Positions 14,073 to 27,560 of a DNA stretch of 64,000 bases are shown in pieces (positions within the stretch are counted from its first letter, which is position 1; every line of letters begins with the position of its first letter). This DNA comes from Paraspadella gotoi. Taxonomy: Eukaryota; Animalia; Chaetognatha. The notes under the pieces were generated by a model. It made no database searches. It was not told where the DNA came from and saw nothing but the letters and a program-made list of their open reading frames with translations. Position numbers and translations under genes: made by a program. The DNA lies in assembly GCA_051294375.1 (NCBI GenBank), contig CM119271.1, positions 7,492,162 to 7,556,161 of the forward strand. Reading direction: 5' to 3'.

Positions 14073-14377
14073 CGCATCGACGGGTTGAACGGGCAGCCGG
14101 TCAGTACGGACGGGTTCTCTTGCGAGCGGACAGACGAGAATGGAGTTAGTAAGCAGCTTGACTGCGCCACTCAACGGAGGAAATGGGGCGAGGAGGAGAA
14201 AGTGGATCGGTCGTCGTAGGATGTGGGTGAAGGGGGCGGGGCCGTGAGGGTCGCGGGCCGCCGGGGGCGTTTAGGGCGATTGAGCCGAGATGGCCGAGAG
14301 CCGCTGCGCTTCTGGCGGCGTTTATTTTTGGCCATAGACGGGGAAAATGTGCGTGGACTGAGAGAGAGAAGAGAGAT

Positions 14378-14408
<31 letters not shown>

Positions 14409-14411
14409 AGA

Positions 14412-14442
<31 letters not shown>

Positions 14443-17318
14443 AAGGAGGAGAAGAGATGAGAGATGAGAGAGAGAGAGAGAGAGAGAGAGCAGTGCTTGG
14501 TCAAACAGTTAAGATGGTTTTCGCTTGGAGCCTACGCGAATTCGAAGGCAGTAACGACTGTCGACGCCTCTATAAATGAGGTCGCCTTCTCCAACCTCCT
14601 TCAACCCCTCGGTCCGCTTCGAGCCTATGCCATATGCAATTTGCAATTCGAAGATGAAAATGTCGTTTCGATCTCTCGTCGCCGTCGACATAAAAAAATC
14701 GGGGAATGAAATTTCGCGTCTTTCTCGTGAATGATTAGGATTTTAATTTAAAAAAAAAAAATAGAATTTGTTTCCATCGGGATCGTTCCGGTGACCTTTC
14801 CGTTTCTTTCACTTGAGAATCGTTTTCTCGTCACGTCGTCATCCGTTTCTTTCTTACGTCGCCCTTCCGCTAATCAACGGACTCCTCGATCGAACTCATT
14901 CGGAAGCCGAGGATGACCAGCAAACAACCGGTCCTTGGAGGGAGCCCCCTTCCCCTCTCCCCGGCATCATACCATCTAGGAAAAAAGTATATCACATTTT
15001 TTGTAGAGGATTTCTACTCTAAAACTTTGATTTTTTTAAAAATCAGAAGGTTTCAAAATCTATATTAAATTTTTTTTTAAATAAATTTCTTTCATTTTTT
15101 CGTAGGTCAAATCATTTAGAAGCAAAAAAAAGGGGAAAAAATTATATTTAATTTTATAATATTTTTAATATTAAATATTTTTTTTAGTTCAATTTGGTTA
15201 TTTTTTTTTAATTTGGGAATGCCAAAGGCAGCGCCCTTATTATTGGCTCATAAAAATTCCATTATAGCTCTCAGAAAAAAGAAAAATATATGGAACATTA
15301 GCGGAATGACAAATCATTGACGCTGAAGAAGGCTTGCATCCAAAGCCGAAACATGTACGTTTTATATGATAAAATAAAATTCGTTGTGAAACAAAATCAT
15401 TTTGCCCCAATACATATAACAACGAAAAAGAAAGGTTATTACCACAATGACTTTTTAGTTTTAGTTTTGAAACTCACTGAATTTGTTTCGCCCGTAAGAA
15501 ACTACGTTTTCACGAGTTTCTGACGGATTATCTACAAGAAATAAAACTACTAAAAATTTGATACTTTTTCTTCAAAACCTCTTACATTAGCTCACGTTAA
15601 AACATTTCCAAACGGGTGAAACCTCAGTTAAACGTTGGTCTCCCTATGGCATAGAAAATATAAAACATTTTCTAGTTTCTGTAATTCGACCGGACTAAAA
15701 TTTTATCATTAAAGCAAATAGAAATTGAGACACCCGACGCGTACAGCTCCCCCGAGTTGGCAAACGATCTGCCCGAATTCTCGTGGGACAGACGCGGTTC
15801 CAACCGATCCTGACTTAATCAAAAAAGGCTCGAGGCAATCTAGTAATCAGGGCCGAATTGCAACGTACGTACAAAGATATATCGGTATATCCTTTCTTCG
15901 GCACTGTCATCCTTTCATACGTTTCCTTTTTTGTGCTTACTCAATTACTGGATTAATTGGTCATTTTTTATCGAATCTTCTCAAAATTTGCCAAAGTTTC
16001 GTTTCATTTCTTCGTTAAGTTCCAGCTGTTTTCGTGACGTCTGCACCGTCGTTGTCGTCGTCGTCGCCGGCGTCGTCGTCTATGACCCCCGACGACGTTA
16101 ACTAAGGGTTTCAGTTTGCGTCTTCCTTCCATTAGTCCGCCTCCTCGTGTTTCCGCCGATCGACGCGAGTATTCGTCGTCCTTTTGTTTTCCGATGGCGG
16201 CGCGATTGTTCCGCTCTTTTGTTCTTTTGTTCTTGAGCTAACGATTTTTAAACTCATGGTTGCGGAATCGACGTCCCAACCGCCTCTCGCTCTGTCTCAC
16301 TTCTAATTAAACAAGTATAAAAGGAGAAAAATAAGTATTAATTTGACTACCGTACAGCTGTTACAGCTGTACATTATTGTCGGCAGTGCTGAATGATAAA
16401 TCGGGTCAATAAAAAAGTATTTCTGCGATAAGGATCTCAAAGCCTCCACTTTGTTTAGTTTTCGTGTATTTCTTACAGTATGTCTAAATTACGTCTATTT
16501 GACAGTTTTCACAATCTTTGTTGCTGCATTACTATGTCTTTAGAATATTTTACTACGTACGTATCTATAAATTATGATACCGAATAACAAACACAAACTT
16601 TATTCGCAATTAATTAAATTATTAATATCAAGTGCGAATCGAGAAAAAAAAAGCGTTAAACTCAAACGTGTGGTAACTTTAATGACAGAGAAATAATAAA
16701 TTATCAATTATAAAATACGATCTAAAAACTATGTCTATGATTGGATGCCAAGAAAATGGCAATAACTTGTTTTAAATATTTAATATTCGCCGCAAAAAAG
16801 CGATAGTAATAAAACGCATGAAGCATTTAAAAATGTTTTTTCATATTAATTTGGTATTGCAGGCCGTTTTTTTTTTTGGAACAGTAGTCTTGAAAATGTA
16901 AATATATCTCTAAAAAACTAAACAAACAGATAAAACTGACGCTACAAGTAAACAATACAGAACGACTAATAATTAACCAATGTGAAGTCAGAAATAAATA
17001 TCGAATGTATTATTTATTTATCTCGCCCACCTGGATAGCGACGTAAATCGGTAAATTGGTTAACTGATAATTTGTTAATGTACCTTTTATTCTCAACGTA
17101 AACAAAGTTTGAACAATTCCATTAATTTTTGGAACAGCTTCGGATTTTCTTTTAGTCAAACATCGCAGAGAAAAATAATGTAAACATAAAAACGTCAATA
17201 GAAGCGATAGGCCGCTTTTAAAAGACGCGAAAGGCGGTTTTCTTTGGCTACCCCCCTCCCCCCACCTTCCACTTTCCCATTCCCTCCCCCTGAATTGTTC
17301 ATTTATCCTCTGGCGTGT

Positions 17319-17933
17319 TTATCCCGGCGGCGGCTTTGGCGGCTGAGGCTGCGGCATGCTTTGCCGCCTGACTGTTCCCGGAGATCCCGCCAGAGGCGCC
17401 CATCGACGCGTAAAAAGCGAATCCCTTCCGCTCAATTGACTCATGGGACCGACAACATCGCCGCTGCCGCCATCGCCGCCGCCGGCGCCACCAACCCTAC
17501 CACATTCACCACCTCCACCGCCGTCTTCGCTACCCCGCTCCTCGCGTTCGTCCCCAGGGGTCGTGGCGTCATTATCGCCTGCGTCGTCGTCGTCGTCATC
17601 TTCTTCTTCGGTTTCGTTCTTGATCCCTCCCGTGATAATTCCGGGTCTCTGCCTCCCCTGCCATTTGTTCCCCTTGGATCCGGGGTCGTCGCGGTCGTCG
17701 TCTTCGTCGTCGCCGCGTGTCGGTTCCTCGCGGCATCGAACGGCGTTATCGCACTCTTTTGACGAAGGACGTTCCGACGCCGGATCGGATGAGACTTTGA
17801 CGTCGCCGGCGACGCCGGGGGCTTTGACGTTATCTGGCTGAGCTGCGTGGTTGGCGAGGTTGCTGAGGTGAGGAAGGTGAGATGACGCCGTCGACGAGGC
17901 GTTGGAAGACGCTAGGGAAGCGGCGCAGTCGAA
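17319..17933 (-). CDS. Candidate low-complexity terminal exon (acidic/Gly-rich), possibly the 3' end of TRAK
   Basis: Polypyrimidine CTCCAG acceptor at 17935-17934 followed by a 204-codon open frame ending TAA at 17319. No recognisable domain, and the phase link to the upstream TRAK exon is unresolved. Confidence 0.3.
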   Translation of the reverse strand, partial: FDCAASLASSNASSTASSHLPHLSNLANHAAQPDNVKAPGVAGDVKVSSDPASERPSSKECDNAVRCREEPTRGDDEDDDRDDPGSKGNKWQGRQRPGIITGGIKNETEEEDDDDDDAGDNDATTPGDEREERGSEDGGGGGECGRVGGAGGGDGGSGDVVGPMSQLSGRDSLFTRRWAPLAGSPGTVRRQSMPQPQPPKPPPG

Positions 17934-19954
17934 CTGGAGGGTGAGAGCGGGGAGGAAGGATGGAATTGGAAATAAGTTCATCGTTTTGATTCGACAAAAA
18001 TGTTCGCGTTTTCGTAAGTTAAGTCCTCGAGGACAGGACACAGAAAGGGAAGGTGGCGATGGAGAGCGGAGAGAGATGAGAGAGAGTCGAGAGAGTGGAC
18101 GAGAGAGACGAGACTGAGAGGAAGACAGAGAGAGCAGAGATGAGAGAGACGATGCTACGAGATAGACGAGAGAGATGATGTGAACTATTTGCCCCACCGC
18201 TCTTTCTCTCTCTCGAGCTTCGTTGCAGATCGACAGGAGATAAAAGTTTGACGTAGCTCTTCTGCCCCATTGGGGAATTTTCCAGCGACCGAGGTGGGAA
18301 TAAAAAGGTGGAGAGGGGGAGGGGGCGAGGGTGGAACGTTGGAAAGGGAAAGGGGGTGGAGAGGAAAGTGGAAAAGGGGATAGAGTGGTAGGGTTAAAGA
18401 ATAAAAAGAGATAAGGTTAGGCGGAAAAGGAAAAATGGACAGTGAGTTNNNNNNNNNNNNNNNNNNNNNNNNNCCATCCCATGCAGAGAGAGAGACGCCG
18501 TCGTCGTCGTGTTGATTTGTTTCTCACCATGCAGATTCTTTTCTATTTCTCTTTTCTTATGTATTGAGCACGAATGTTTTTAAGCGACTCTCCTTTGTTC
18601 CTCTCGCACTTTCCACTCAATATTGTCTTACTACATAGTCGAGGGATTCTCTCCTCTCCTCTTACCATTCCTACCATCTCCTAGTGAGGCTACGTGCCAG
18701 GACCAGTTATGTATTTATTTGTTTTTCGTCTCGCCAGATGGCGTATTATCATCGCGAGGCGGTGGGACCGACAGCGGCGCCGGAAGAAATATCTCCCTCT
18801 ATTCCGAAGATGATTTTTTTTTCCCTTTCGAAATTGAATCACACACTCTTCGCCTTGCCTTCGCTTCGTCTTGTCTTCGGCTCTCGCTCTCGTTGTACTT
18901 GCGCTCCGTTTTCGGGTGGTTTCAGTCGGACGTTTAAGCGTATCGGCCTGTCGTCGTATGTCGCCTTCACGTCGCCCTATGGCATAGTTGTCGAGGACTA
19001 CTTCTTTCATGACAAAACAAAGAATCAAAAAATGGAGAAAAAAAACGGAACTGTTGTCATTCGGCAAAACTCGTAACTAAACGTCGTACTCTGCGTAGTC
19101 GTTCAACGGAGGTCGTTATCAAACGACGATCAATGTCCGTCTGTTGCGTAACATCCGGCCGTACGAAATGTTCTAATGCTTGGCTATTAGTTGTCCTTGT
19201 TTGTCACAGGGGCGATTCATCTAATTCATCGCTAGCTGAACTTGGTAATGCTGTCGGTCGGTCGTCGTCGCTCGTCCATCTCGTCTGTTTTTTTTCCTCA
19301 TGTTCACGATATCTTTTTTCTCTCCTCGCTCGCTCGTCGTGCTATGTTAGTTGTTATTATCGCACGCTCGCTCACGCTCACAGCGTTCCGGTACGTGTCG
19401 AATCAAGTAACGCGATGGTAGGACCCTACGTAAGATCGTTAAATCGTTCAGCCCTGCAGCATGCGCCGCGTCGGGGCTCTCTTAAGGCTCTCAGAAAGTC
19501 TCGACAGTGCCATCGCGCACCGGAAAGGATCTGCAGAATCGATTGCGACTACCCGAAAATACCGAGAGCGCCGGGTTCCTCACCTCCCCCCGCCCGCCAT
19601 CTCGAAGTCCATTACTCCCACCCCCTCAGTCTCCCTGGTTGCAATTACCCGTGTTTTCAGCTACTTCTCTTCTCATATGATGGAGCCTTTCCCTTTATCT
19701 TGGTTGCTTCTTTTCCGAACAATCCCTCAGCATTTTAGATACCTTCTTTTTCTCTTATCTATTTAAATCTTAAATTGATTTCTATCGATATAGAATAATC
19801 CATTTCTTCACCTTTTGAAGCTCCGATGATTAACGTTTTTATATTTCAAAACATCAGAATTTTCATCCTGCGTAGCGTACGAGCACATTGTAATTTATGT
19901 ACGCAGCACGTTTTTCCCTTTTTCATCCTTTCCCATAGGCATAACTCAGCTGAC

Positions 19955-22900
19955 CGAAATGCTGCGGTCGATCGCCGATCGGGCTCGCGGCGCGCCGTTC
20001 GGGCGAAGAGGGCGGAGTGAAGGGGCGCGTGGGCGAGGAAGGAGGCGTGGCGGGCGTCGAGGGGCGGGGCCGCGTCTCGGTCGGCCAAGGGGGCGTTATT
20101 GACGATCCGTCTGAACCTGGAACGATGAGAAAAAAGCGGGGGGAGATTATGCGGATACTGGATAGTTTTACATTAGGCGGAGAAATTGGGGAAGGGTTTC
20201 AGGTAAAGGCGAAAATGTTAGGGAGTCGGGGGGGGAAACGAGAACGAATTTTATATTTAATAATCGAAATCTTAATTTTTTTTATTATTCAAATCATTCT
20301 CAACCTAATTTAATCAACCTTAATTATTTCGCCGACATACTACTACAAATTAGCTTGAAACCCCCCCCCCCAAGAGAAAGAGATAATTTTGACGAGGGGT
20401 CGAGTTGTCGTTCCTGACTTTTCATCATTTTCCAAAAGACGCGGAAACTCGGGGTAGAAATGAAAAAGAAGTCGGCGATTAACGGGGTCCCGCATTCATT
20501 ACCGCTAAACGGATTCATTATCGTTAACAGCATTAAAGACGGGCGATTCTGGTCTCTTCTCTCTCACACCCTCCCCCCCCCCAAAATCCCCATCGCCGGC
20601 TTGTTTTTCTTTTTCACTGAACTTTCTACGGAAAACCTGTTCGGAAAGTTGGACCGCCGCCGACGCCGCCTCCGATCCCGGCGCCCGTTGATGGACTTCC
20701 GCACCGGCCCGCGCTACTGATCCACCGCCGGCGCCGCTGGTCTCGGTGGCGCGCGCCAATTGCGCACGTCCTCGTTAAAGCTGTACGTCGCGCAAAGGCC
20801 GGCCGGTCGGCCGCCGGCGCTTCGTCCCGCAGCCGGCGTTGTTGTTGTCGTCGTTTGTCGAAACGCTTCCGACTCTGGCGAGGAAGAAACAAACTAATTA
20901 ACGTGCGCCGGTCGGCGTCGGCGGCGGCCATTTTGGAGGAGGAAGAGGATGAGGAGGAAGAAGAAGAAAATAAAAAAGAAGGGAAAAAATAAAAGACGCG
21001 AGGAGGTTGGTAAAATTAAGGGGGGGGAGAGGAAAGTAAGGGCGACCTTGCTACGAGCTAATTCCTTCTCGGGTCTTCTTTCAGAGTCTCGTTATTCTCC
21101 TCTTAGACGCATATATACTTAATTAGTTAAATGTGTTGATAAAACGAAGGCTAAACGGCAATTGGAAACGAAGAGACAAGTCGTTATCGACGTCGTGGAA
21201 ATATTTACTATTTTAGGCTCACAGTCACAAAATTTTATAAAGACTAGATGAGTAGACGTGTACTCGATCAAAAACTTTTTCCGATAGTGATATTAGAAAG
21301 GAAAATGTTAACTTAGAGCTTGTTATATAATATTAAAGATAATTTTTTTTAAAAATCAAATTTTCCACTCGGAAAATGTCACGCCCGATTCCGTTCTCAA
21401 CCTCTGCTGAGATACGGCATCGTTCGCTTCGACAAAGGACGCCATCTTTCGGTCAAAGTTGTCAGCGCCGCGAAGGTGAGTCACGCGCGAATCCGTCGCC
21501 GTCGACGTCATCGCCGATCCCGCCGAGTTGAGGGAAGCCGAGAATGATTCCTGGAAGCCAATATCGAGTTGAGGGAAGCCGAGAACGATTCCTGGAAGCC
21601 CAATATCGAAGCCGACGAGGACGACGTGACGGCGACGTTGAAGAGGTCAATCTGGGGGATTAAAAGAGGTTCAGATTACAAAGATCGACGCAAATGATCC
21701 TGGACTAGTCTTTAGGGCATTCGTCATCCACTGTCAAAGCTGTTGTAATATTCAGAGATGGTGGAGCTGCAGCCGTTTTATTTTCCGACATTGACAACCG
21801 AGGCGCCGTCTAGTGTCTAGTGACCACTGCTCATTGACAAGGTTGGCTGGGCCAGTCAAATTGATCCAGCCAAAAATTTGACAGGAACGTCCCTCTCGAT
21901 CTCGGCGTCACTCACCCGACGAAAAAGTCGTCTGTCTCGTCGTCGTCTTCCTCAAAATCGGAGAAGAGAAAAAAGTCGCGAGGAATCTCCGTTGAAATTC
22001 GTTCGCGCGAACTGAGCCAATTCCGGGTTCAGGATTTGGGCTCTGGAAGGAGGTTGGGGGGAGGAAGAGGAATAATTTGGAGAGGGGGAAGGAAGGAGTT
22101 TGGCTTCGGAAGAAGAAAAAGGATGAAGCAAAAAGTGGGAAAGGAGGTTGGGGCTTTGGAAAGAAAAGAGCAAAATGAGTTGGGGAGAACTAGAACTAGT
22201 TGGAAGCGGAAAAATATGTTTAAAAAAAATCATATTAGAAAATTAGAAGCTGAAGGGAAAAAAAAAACGAGAGTGAGAATTTTTTTGGGGGTGAAAAAGG
22301 AATAAAAGCCAAAATGGTTCGGAGAAAAATGAGGGGAAATAAAGGAAGCGTTTACTTTGAATAAGAACGAGAAATAAAAAAAAAATGGGGAAAAAAAACT
22401 TGAGAAGCGATTCCACGAAAATCATCTCATGAATTTAAGGCTCGAAACAAAAAAGAGAGACAAACATTGTCAGACAGAAAGCCTCTCTTCAAACTCGCTA
22501 AGGAAAAGGAATTAAGGAAGAGGAGAGAAAATGGCGAACGACACTTTTTTTTCTTTTTTTTTTTTCTGCGCCAAATTTTTTTGTTGACAAAAAAAAATGG
22601 GGGGGGGCAAAGGAAGTCTTTCCCGAGGAAAGTACAAAATCATTGAAAGCCGCAAAGCCAAAGGATGTAAGGAAGGAAAAGAAGGGGAGGGAGAAAAAAA
22701 AACAGGAATTTCTCCAGGGGAAAAGAATAATATATAGCGAATATGCAGATCCCGAAAATATGACGAGTCATATGCAAATGAGAAAAGCGGATTAGGAAAA
22801 AAAAAGAAGGGAGGAAAAAAAAATGCGCGGAAAAAAAAATGCGCGGGAAAAAAAAAGTTTTTTAGAAAGCCCGGGCGGAGGAGGAAGCGAAAAGGAAAGA

Positions 22901-23449
22901 AAAGAAAAGAGAAGAAAAAAGAAGAAAAAAGAGGAGAGAGAAGAAAGGATAAAAAAGATTAGGAGGAAATAAAGAAAAGTAGGAAAGACGAAAATGAGAA
23001 AATGGAAGTCGTAAGGAAGAAGAGGCGAGGACGTCTCGGCGTCCCTAGGTGAGCCGGTTCGAACAACGGCGGCTGCAGCTGGAGCGGCGGAGACGGAGGC
23101 AGCAGCGGCGTGGCGGGGGGGGGAGGCGAAAAAAAAAACAAACCTGTAACGGACGCCTTTGTATTCCCGGCGGACGAGACTGAAGGAGGTCGAAGGAAGG
23201 TCGCGCTAATTGACGCCAAAGTTGTAGCGTTTACCGAACCCGCGGAGGGGTTTCACGATCTCGAGCCGTTCCGGCAAGGCTGGCCTGAAAGAACAGAAAG
23301 AAAAGTTTTAAAAAGGGAAAGCTCTCAAAGCTACCATGTTCAAACAGAATCACCGAGACTGAGTGATAACGGTTGTCGGCCATTGACCTGAGGATCAAAT
23401 AAATGAAAGAAACTCTTCTTTCCGCCCACGTCTTGTCTCTCTCTCGCTC

Positions 23450-23526
<77 letters not shown>

Positions 23527-24025
23527 ATTTTACGACTTCCGGCGCGCCATTCTTTTCTCTCTGCCAAAATTATTTTTGTCCTTCTTCATCCCGTTCCCCT
23601 ACCTGACCCCTAACACCTGACGCCAAAAAATCTGACCCCTCGCATCTGATCCCGCGCCGCATGATCGCCACCATTTGACCCTTAAACTTGTCGCCAACGC
23701 AAAGCCCACCATCTGCCAACTGAGACACTCAAACTTTGGCAACTTTGCTTCCCCCCTATTCTTTTTTTTTTTTTTGAATCTCTCCGCCCAATCTCATCTC
23801 TCATCGCATCGATTTCTATTCAAGCTTCCCCTTTACCTGACCAGTGACCAATGATCATGGGAGAGTGGGGAGGGAAAGAAAAAGGGGAGGTAGAGAAGGA
23901 GAGAGGGGGGAATGGAGGGAGGGGGAGAGAGAGAGAGAGAGCGGATGAAAATTAATAAGAATAGAAGAATGGAAGGAAGAAAAAAAAGCTTTCGCGAGAA
24001 ACATCTACCCTGCCTTTCCGCCCTA

Positions 24026-24105
<80 letters not shown>

Positions 24106-26425
24106 CTGAACATTGAGAGAGAGTCAAGCGACATCCGTCCACCGGAAGTCGACGAATAAAGGTCTTCTTCTTCTGCGCCGTCGGTTTCGTCAAAACCAGA
24201 CGGTGATCTGTCTCGCCTCCGCGCACCTGATTGGTCGGAAGGGTCAACGAACGGTAAATTTGCTTCCAAAAGTAGATGTAAAGCCAAAGAAAGTCGAAGT
24301 GTTAAGGTTAGATAATTATTAATTAATCTGGTCTAGAGATTGTCATTTACCCTTGGAAAAAAAATGTTTTGAATTTGTTTTTCAGGTACAAAACAAATGC
24401 AAGAGTAGAGACTTGAAAATAAAGATAAAAAACATGATATAGACGCCTTATGAAATTGGTACAACCAATATAAAAATTATCCATTCATTTAATAATTATA
24501 TAAATAATATGTTTCTATAAACTAGTCTGGTGATTGAAAAAAAAAAAAAAAAAAGAAACGGGATTAAGGCGTGATTTGGAAAGAAGAAAGAAGAAAGGCA
24601 GGAAGGCTGCTCGTTCGCCGAAGCGCGAAAAAAGAGTTCGAGGAAAATGGAAGGAGAAAAAAAAAATGGCCGCCTCCATTCCTTTTTTTTTCGCTCTATC
24701 GCGGTAGACTTGATTTTTGTCTTTTTTTCTCTCTCTTTCTCTCTTCCTTTCATCCCCTTTTAATCAAGTCAAATCTTCCCCCTCCGCGTGGATTGCTCCT
24801 TTGTTTCTTTCATTTCGTTACCCTCGTTCCACGCCTCTCCGCCTGCAAGCGCTGGCGTCGCTGTCGTCGTCCAAGCGAGAAAGACGAGGCGGGGGGACGA
24901 GGACGAGAGGGGAGGGAGGACGAGGAAGAGGGCGGAATCGACGGGAGGGACGAGAGTTGAACGCCGAAAGGGGGATCGAGCGGGTGCTTGCGGAGGGGGT
25001 CTGGAGGGGGGTTGGATGAGGGAGGGAGAAAAATAGAACCGTAGTGACACTTTTTGAACAATTAGAATCTTGCGCGACGGTCAGGTGGCGAATCGATTTT
25101 CGGTTTGAACGCTGATCATTGGTTATACATAACAATACTAAATTGCTTAACGACAAAAATAGAAAGAAAAAATGTTGGAAAAAAAAATAAAAAATAGGGC
25201 AAAACATTCTTTCGATTGCGTCATCGGCCAAAGGTCGAAAACGTCACCTTGGCAACGGCGAAGCCGTGTTCCCGCGCCGCCCGACGCAGGCGCCGAATCC
25301 TGGCGATGGCGGCGTCCAAGTCGGTTGAGCCGGGCACGCCGGGTCGACCCGGCACCGCGGGGAGGGCGGTGGACGGGGTCGGGGGTGGACGGGCGGAAGG
25401 TTGAGGGGCTGGAAGAATAAAATGGAAGTGGGGGATGTGTTAAACCGTTAATATGTAATATTGCCGAGTTTAGAAGGTAACTTTTTATTGACCTTTGGGT
25501 TCAGTTTTGTAGACGTTTTTATCACAGTTGTATTCGTTTTCGTTGGCGCTTAGCCAAAACTTTCTGCACGCTACGGGGTAGATAGTTTAGATTGAGAGGA
25601 CGCTTTGGTAACGCATCTGAAAGAAAATAGAATTTTTTGTTAAATAATAACAAACATTTAGCAAGCTATTAAATAATTCTTTCACCTTTTGCCTTGGCAT
25701 CGGGCGATGCCTGTGACGAGGACCCGTCCCGGCGGATCTCGGCAGCGGAGGGCAAAGTTCGCCCGACGATTTTGCGTCCACCGCGCAGCCGCCGATGATG
25801 CCCGTTCGTCGAAGACCCGCATCGGGTTTGGAAACCTCCGTGGCGGTCCCTCCCGATTCGGATCGACGAGCGACTGGAGGCGTCGAGGAGAGTCGACGAC
25901 GACGTCGTCGCGGAGACGGTCGTGGAAGAGATCGATGGCGTCGCGGCGAAGAGGCTCGTCGACGATGAAGAGATCTTGGACGAGGTCGAGGGAAAGGCGG
26001 CAGAATGTTTTGATGAGGTAGTAGAGACGCGAGTGTCGACGGAGGTCGGCGACGATATACTGGAGGCCGAAAGGTTCGTCGTCGTTGTAGTGGGCAATGG
26101 CTCAAAAATTATCAAAGTTCGAACAACAATTGGAGTCCAACGATTCGTGTTGTCGGCGATCAGCGTAGTCGACGTCGGCCAAGGGGTTCGACGAAACCCT
26201 CGCCACCGTCGACGTCCGTACGAGCGACTCGAGCGTCATCGACGAAGATATCGGCGTTGGCGGTCAATGGGATCGTCAAGTTTCCCTCGTGAAAGCTGCT
26301 ACCCATTCCCGAGTCGCGAGGAGGGGGCGGGAGAGGAGGAAGAGGAAGAAGATTGACTCCAGTAGTAGTCGGCGCCGATTCCGACGCCGTCTGCGTCAGG
26401 TAGGCGGCGTTGCTTCGACGCCCAC
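19955..26425 (-). CDS. TRAK: TRAK/Milton 3' exons, copy A (frameshifted as assembled), plus unique exon 19955-20116
   Basis: Same exons as copy B, e.g. 23144-23284 (LPERLEIVKPL) and 20637-20874. Exon 19955-20116 (162 nt, phase 1-1) encodes STPATPPSSPTRPFTPPSSP, resembling the TPPxSP motif of TRAK C-termini. Confidence 0.6.
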
Positions 26426-27560
26426 CTGCAGTAAAGAAGAAGAAAAAAAGGCGTTGGCTTAAGGAAATAAAATATACAGACGATTCGGCGGGAGAACGGA
26501 GAGAGAATGTGGCGGGGATAATGTGGCTGGGAGAGAGAAGAGAAAACCGATTCCACTACCCCTCCCCTTACCCTTCCCCCCACAATCCGACCCCAAAAAA
26601 AGGACGATTCTGGAAACAATTTGAGGCGCAGCGGAGCGGCTGAAGAATTAACCTCGGAAAAGTAATTCCTTCTAATGTTGTCGGGCATTAAAGCTCCATC
26701 GGTTTCAATTAGCGGTCGCCGACGAAATTAATCGTCACCGTTAAAAAAAAAAGTAAACAAACGTTAAAAAAATAAAGCTAAAAAAAAAAAAAAGACGAGG
26801 AGTGGAAAAACAAAATAGTGAAAAGAAAGAGAAACTAAAGAAGAGCGAAAAAACTCTATCCGTCATAACTCTTTTTATTTTTCATTCAATTCATTCTTAG
26901 GTTTTTTTATTTTGTTCATTCACTTTATCTGTTCCTTTTTGTTCTCTCTTTTCTATTTTTTCTCTCGCGTCGCTTCTCTTTTCCCGCCCTCGGGTTTTCT
27001 TCCTTTTTCTTTTGTCCTTGGTCTAAAAAAAATGGAGAATATGTGCTGTCGATGGAAAACGGAGGCTGCGGTATTTGCGGTCGTTGTTGTGTTTGTCACC
27101 AAGTTTTCCGCATTATTCATGAACATTGAACAATTTTTTAATTGCGAGCGGCACTGTTCGATACAGTCGATTGACAGAAGCGAATGATGCTGGCAAGTAC
27201 AAACGTTAGATGGAATAGGGGTATTTAAAAGGGATGAGGGTGAAGGGCGAAAGGGACACAAAGGGGCGTGGAACCGTCGATCCATTTACTCCGTTTTTCT
27301 CTCGCGCCGAGTCGCGTGTCAAAGATTGAAAAGAGATAGGCGCGCAGCCTCATTAGCACAAACCATTTTGAACTTTTAACAAACGCGCGGGACCCTCGCT
27401 CAGGCGGGCGAACGAGCGAACGAACGAGCCAACGAACGACCGAACGACCGAACGCGTTGATGAATTACCGGCTGGCTCGCGTTCCGGAATCCGGGAACGC
27501 GCCGTCTTAACAAGCCGTCTGTCCTCTCTCTCTTCTCTCTCTCATCTCTCTCTCTCTCTC
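20236..27560. repeat. About 7.3-kb near-identical duplication, copy A (copy B about 30049-37630)
   Basis: Colinear identity from AAACGAGAACGAATTTTATA to the (CT)n tract; differences are mostly 1-bp indels. Confidence 0.95.

Noticed and set aside
21524-21606. CRISPR-like repeat
   Set aside because: Two adjacent units without spacers in a eukaryotic exon; a simple tandem duplication.
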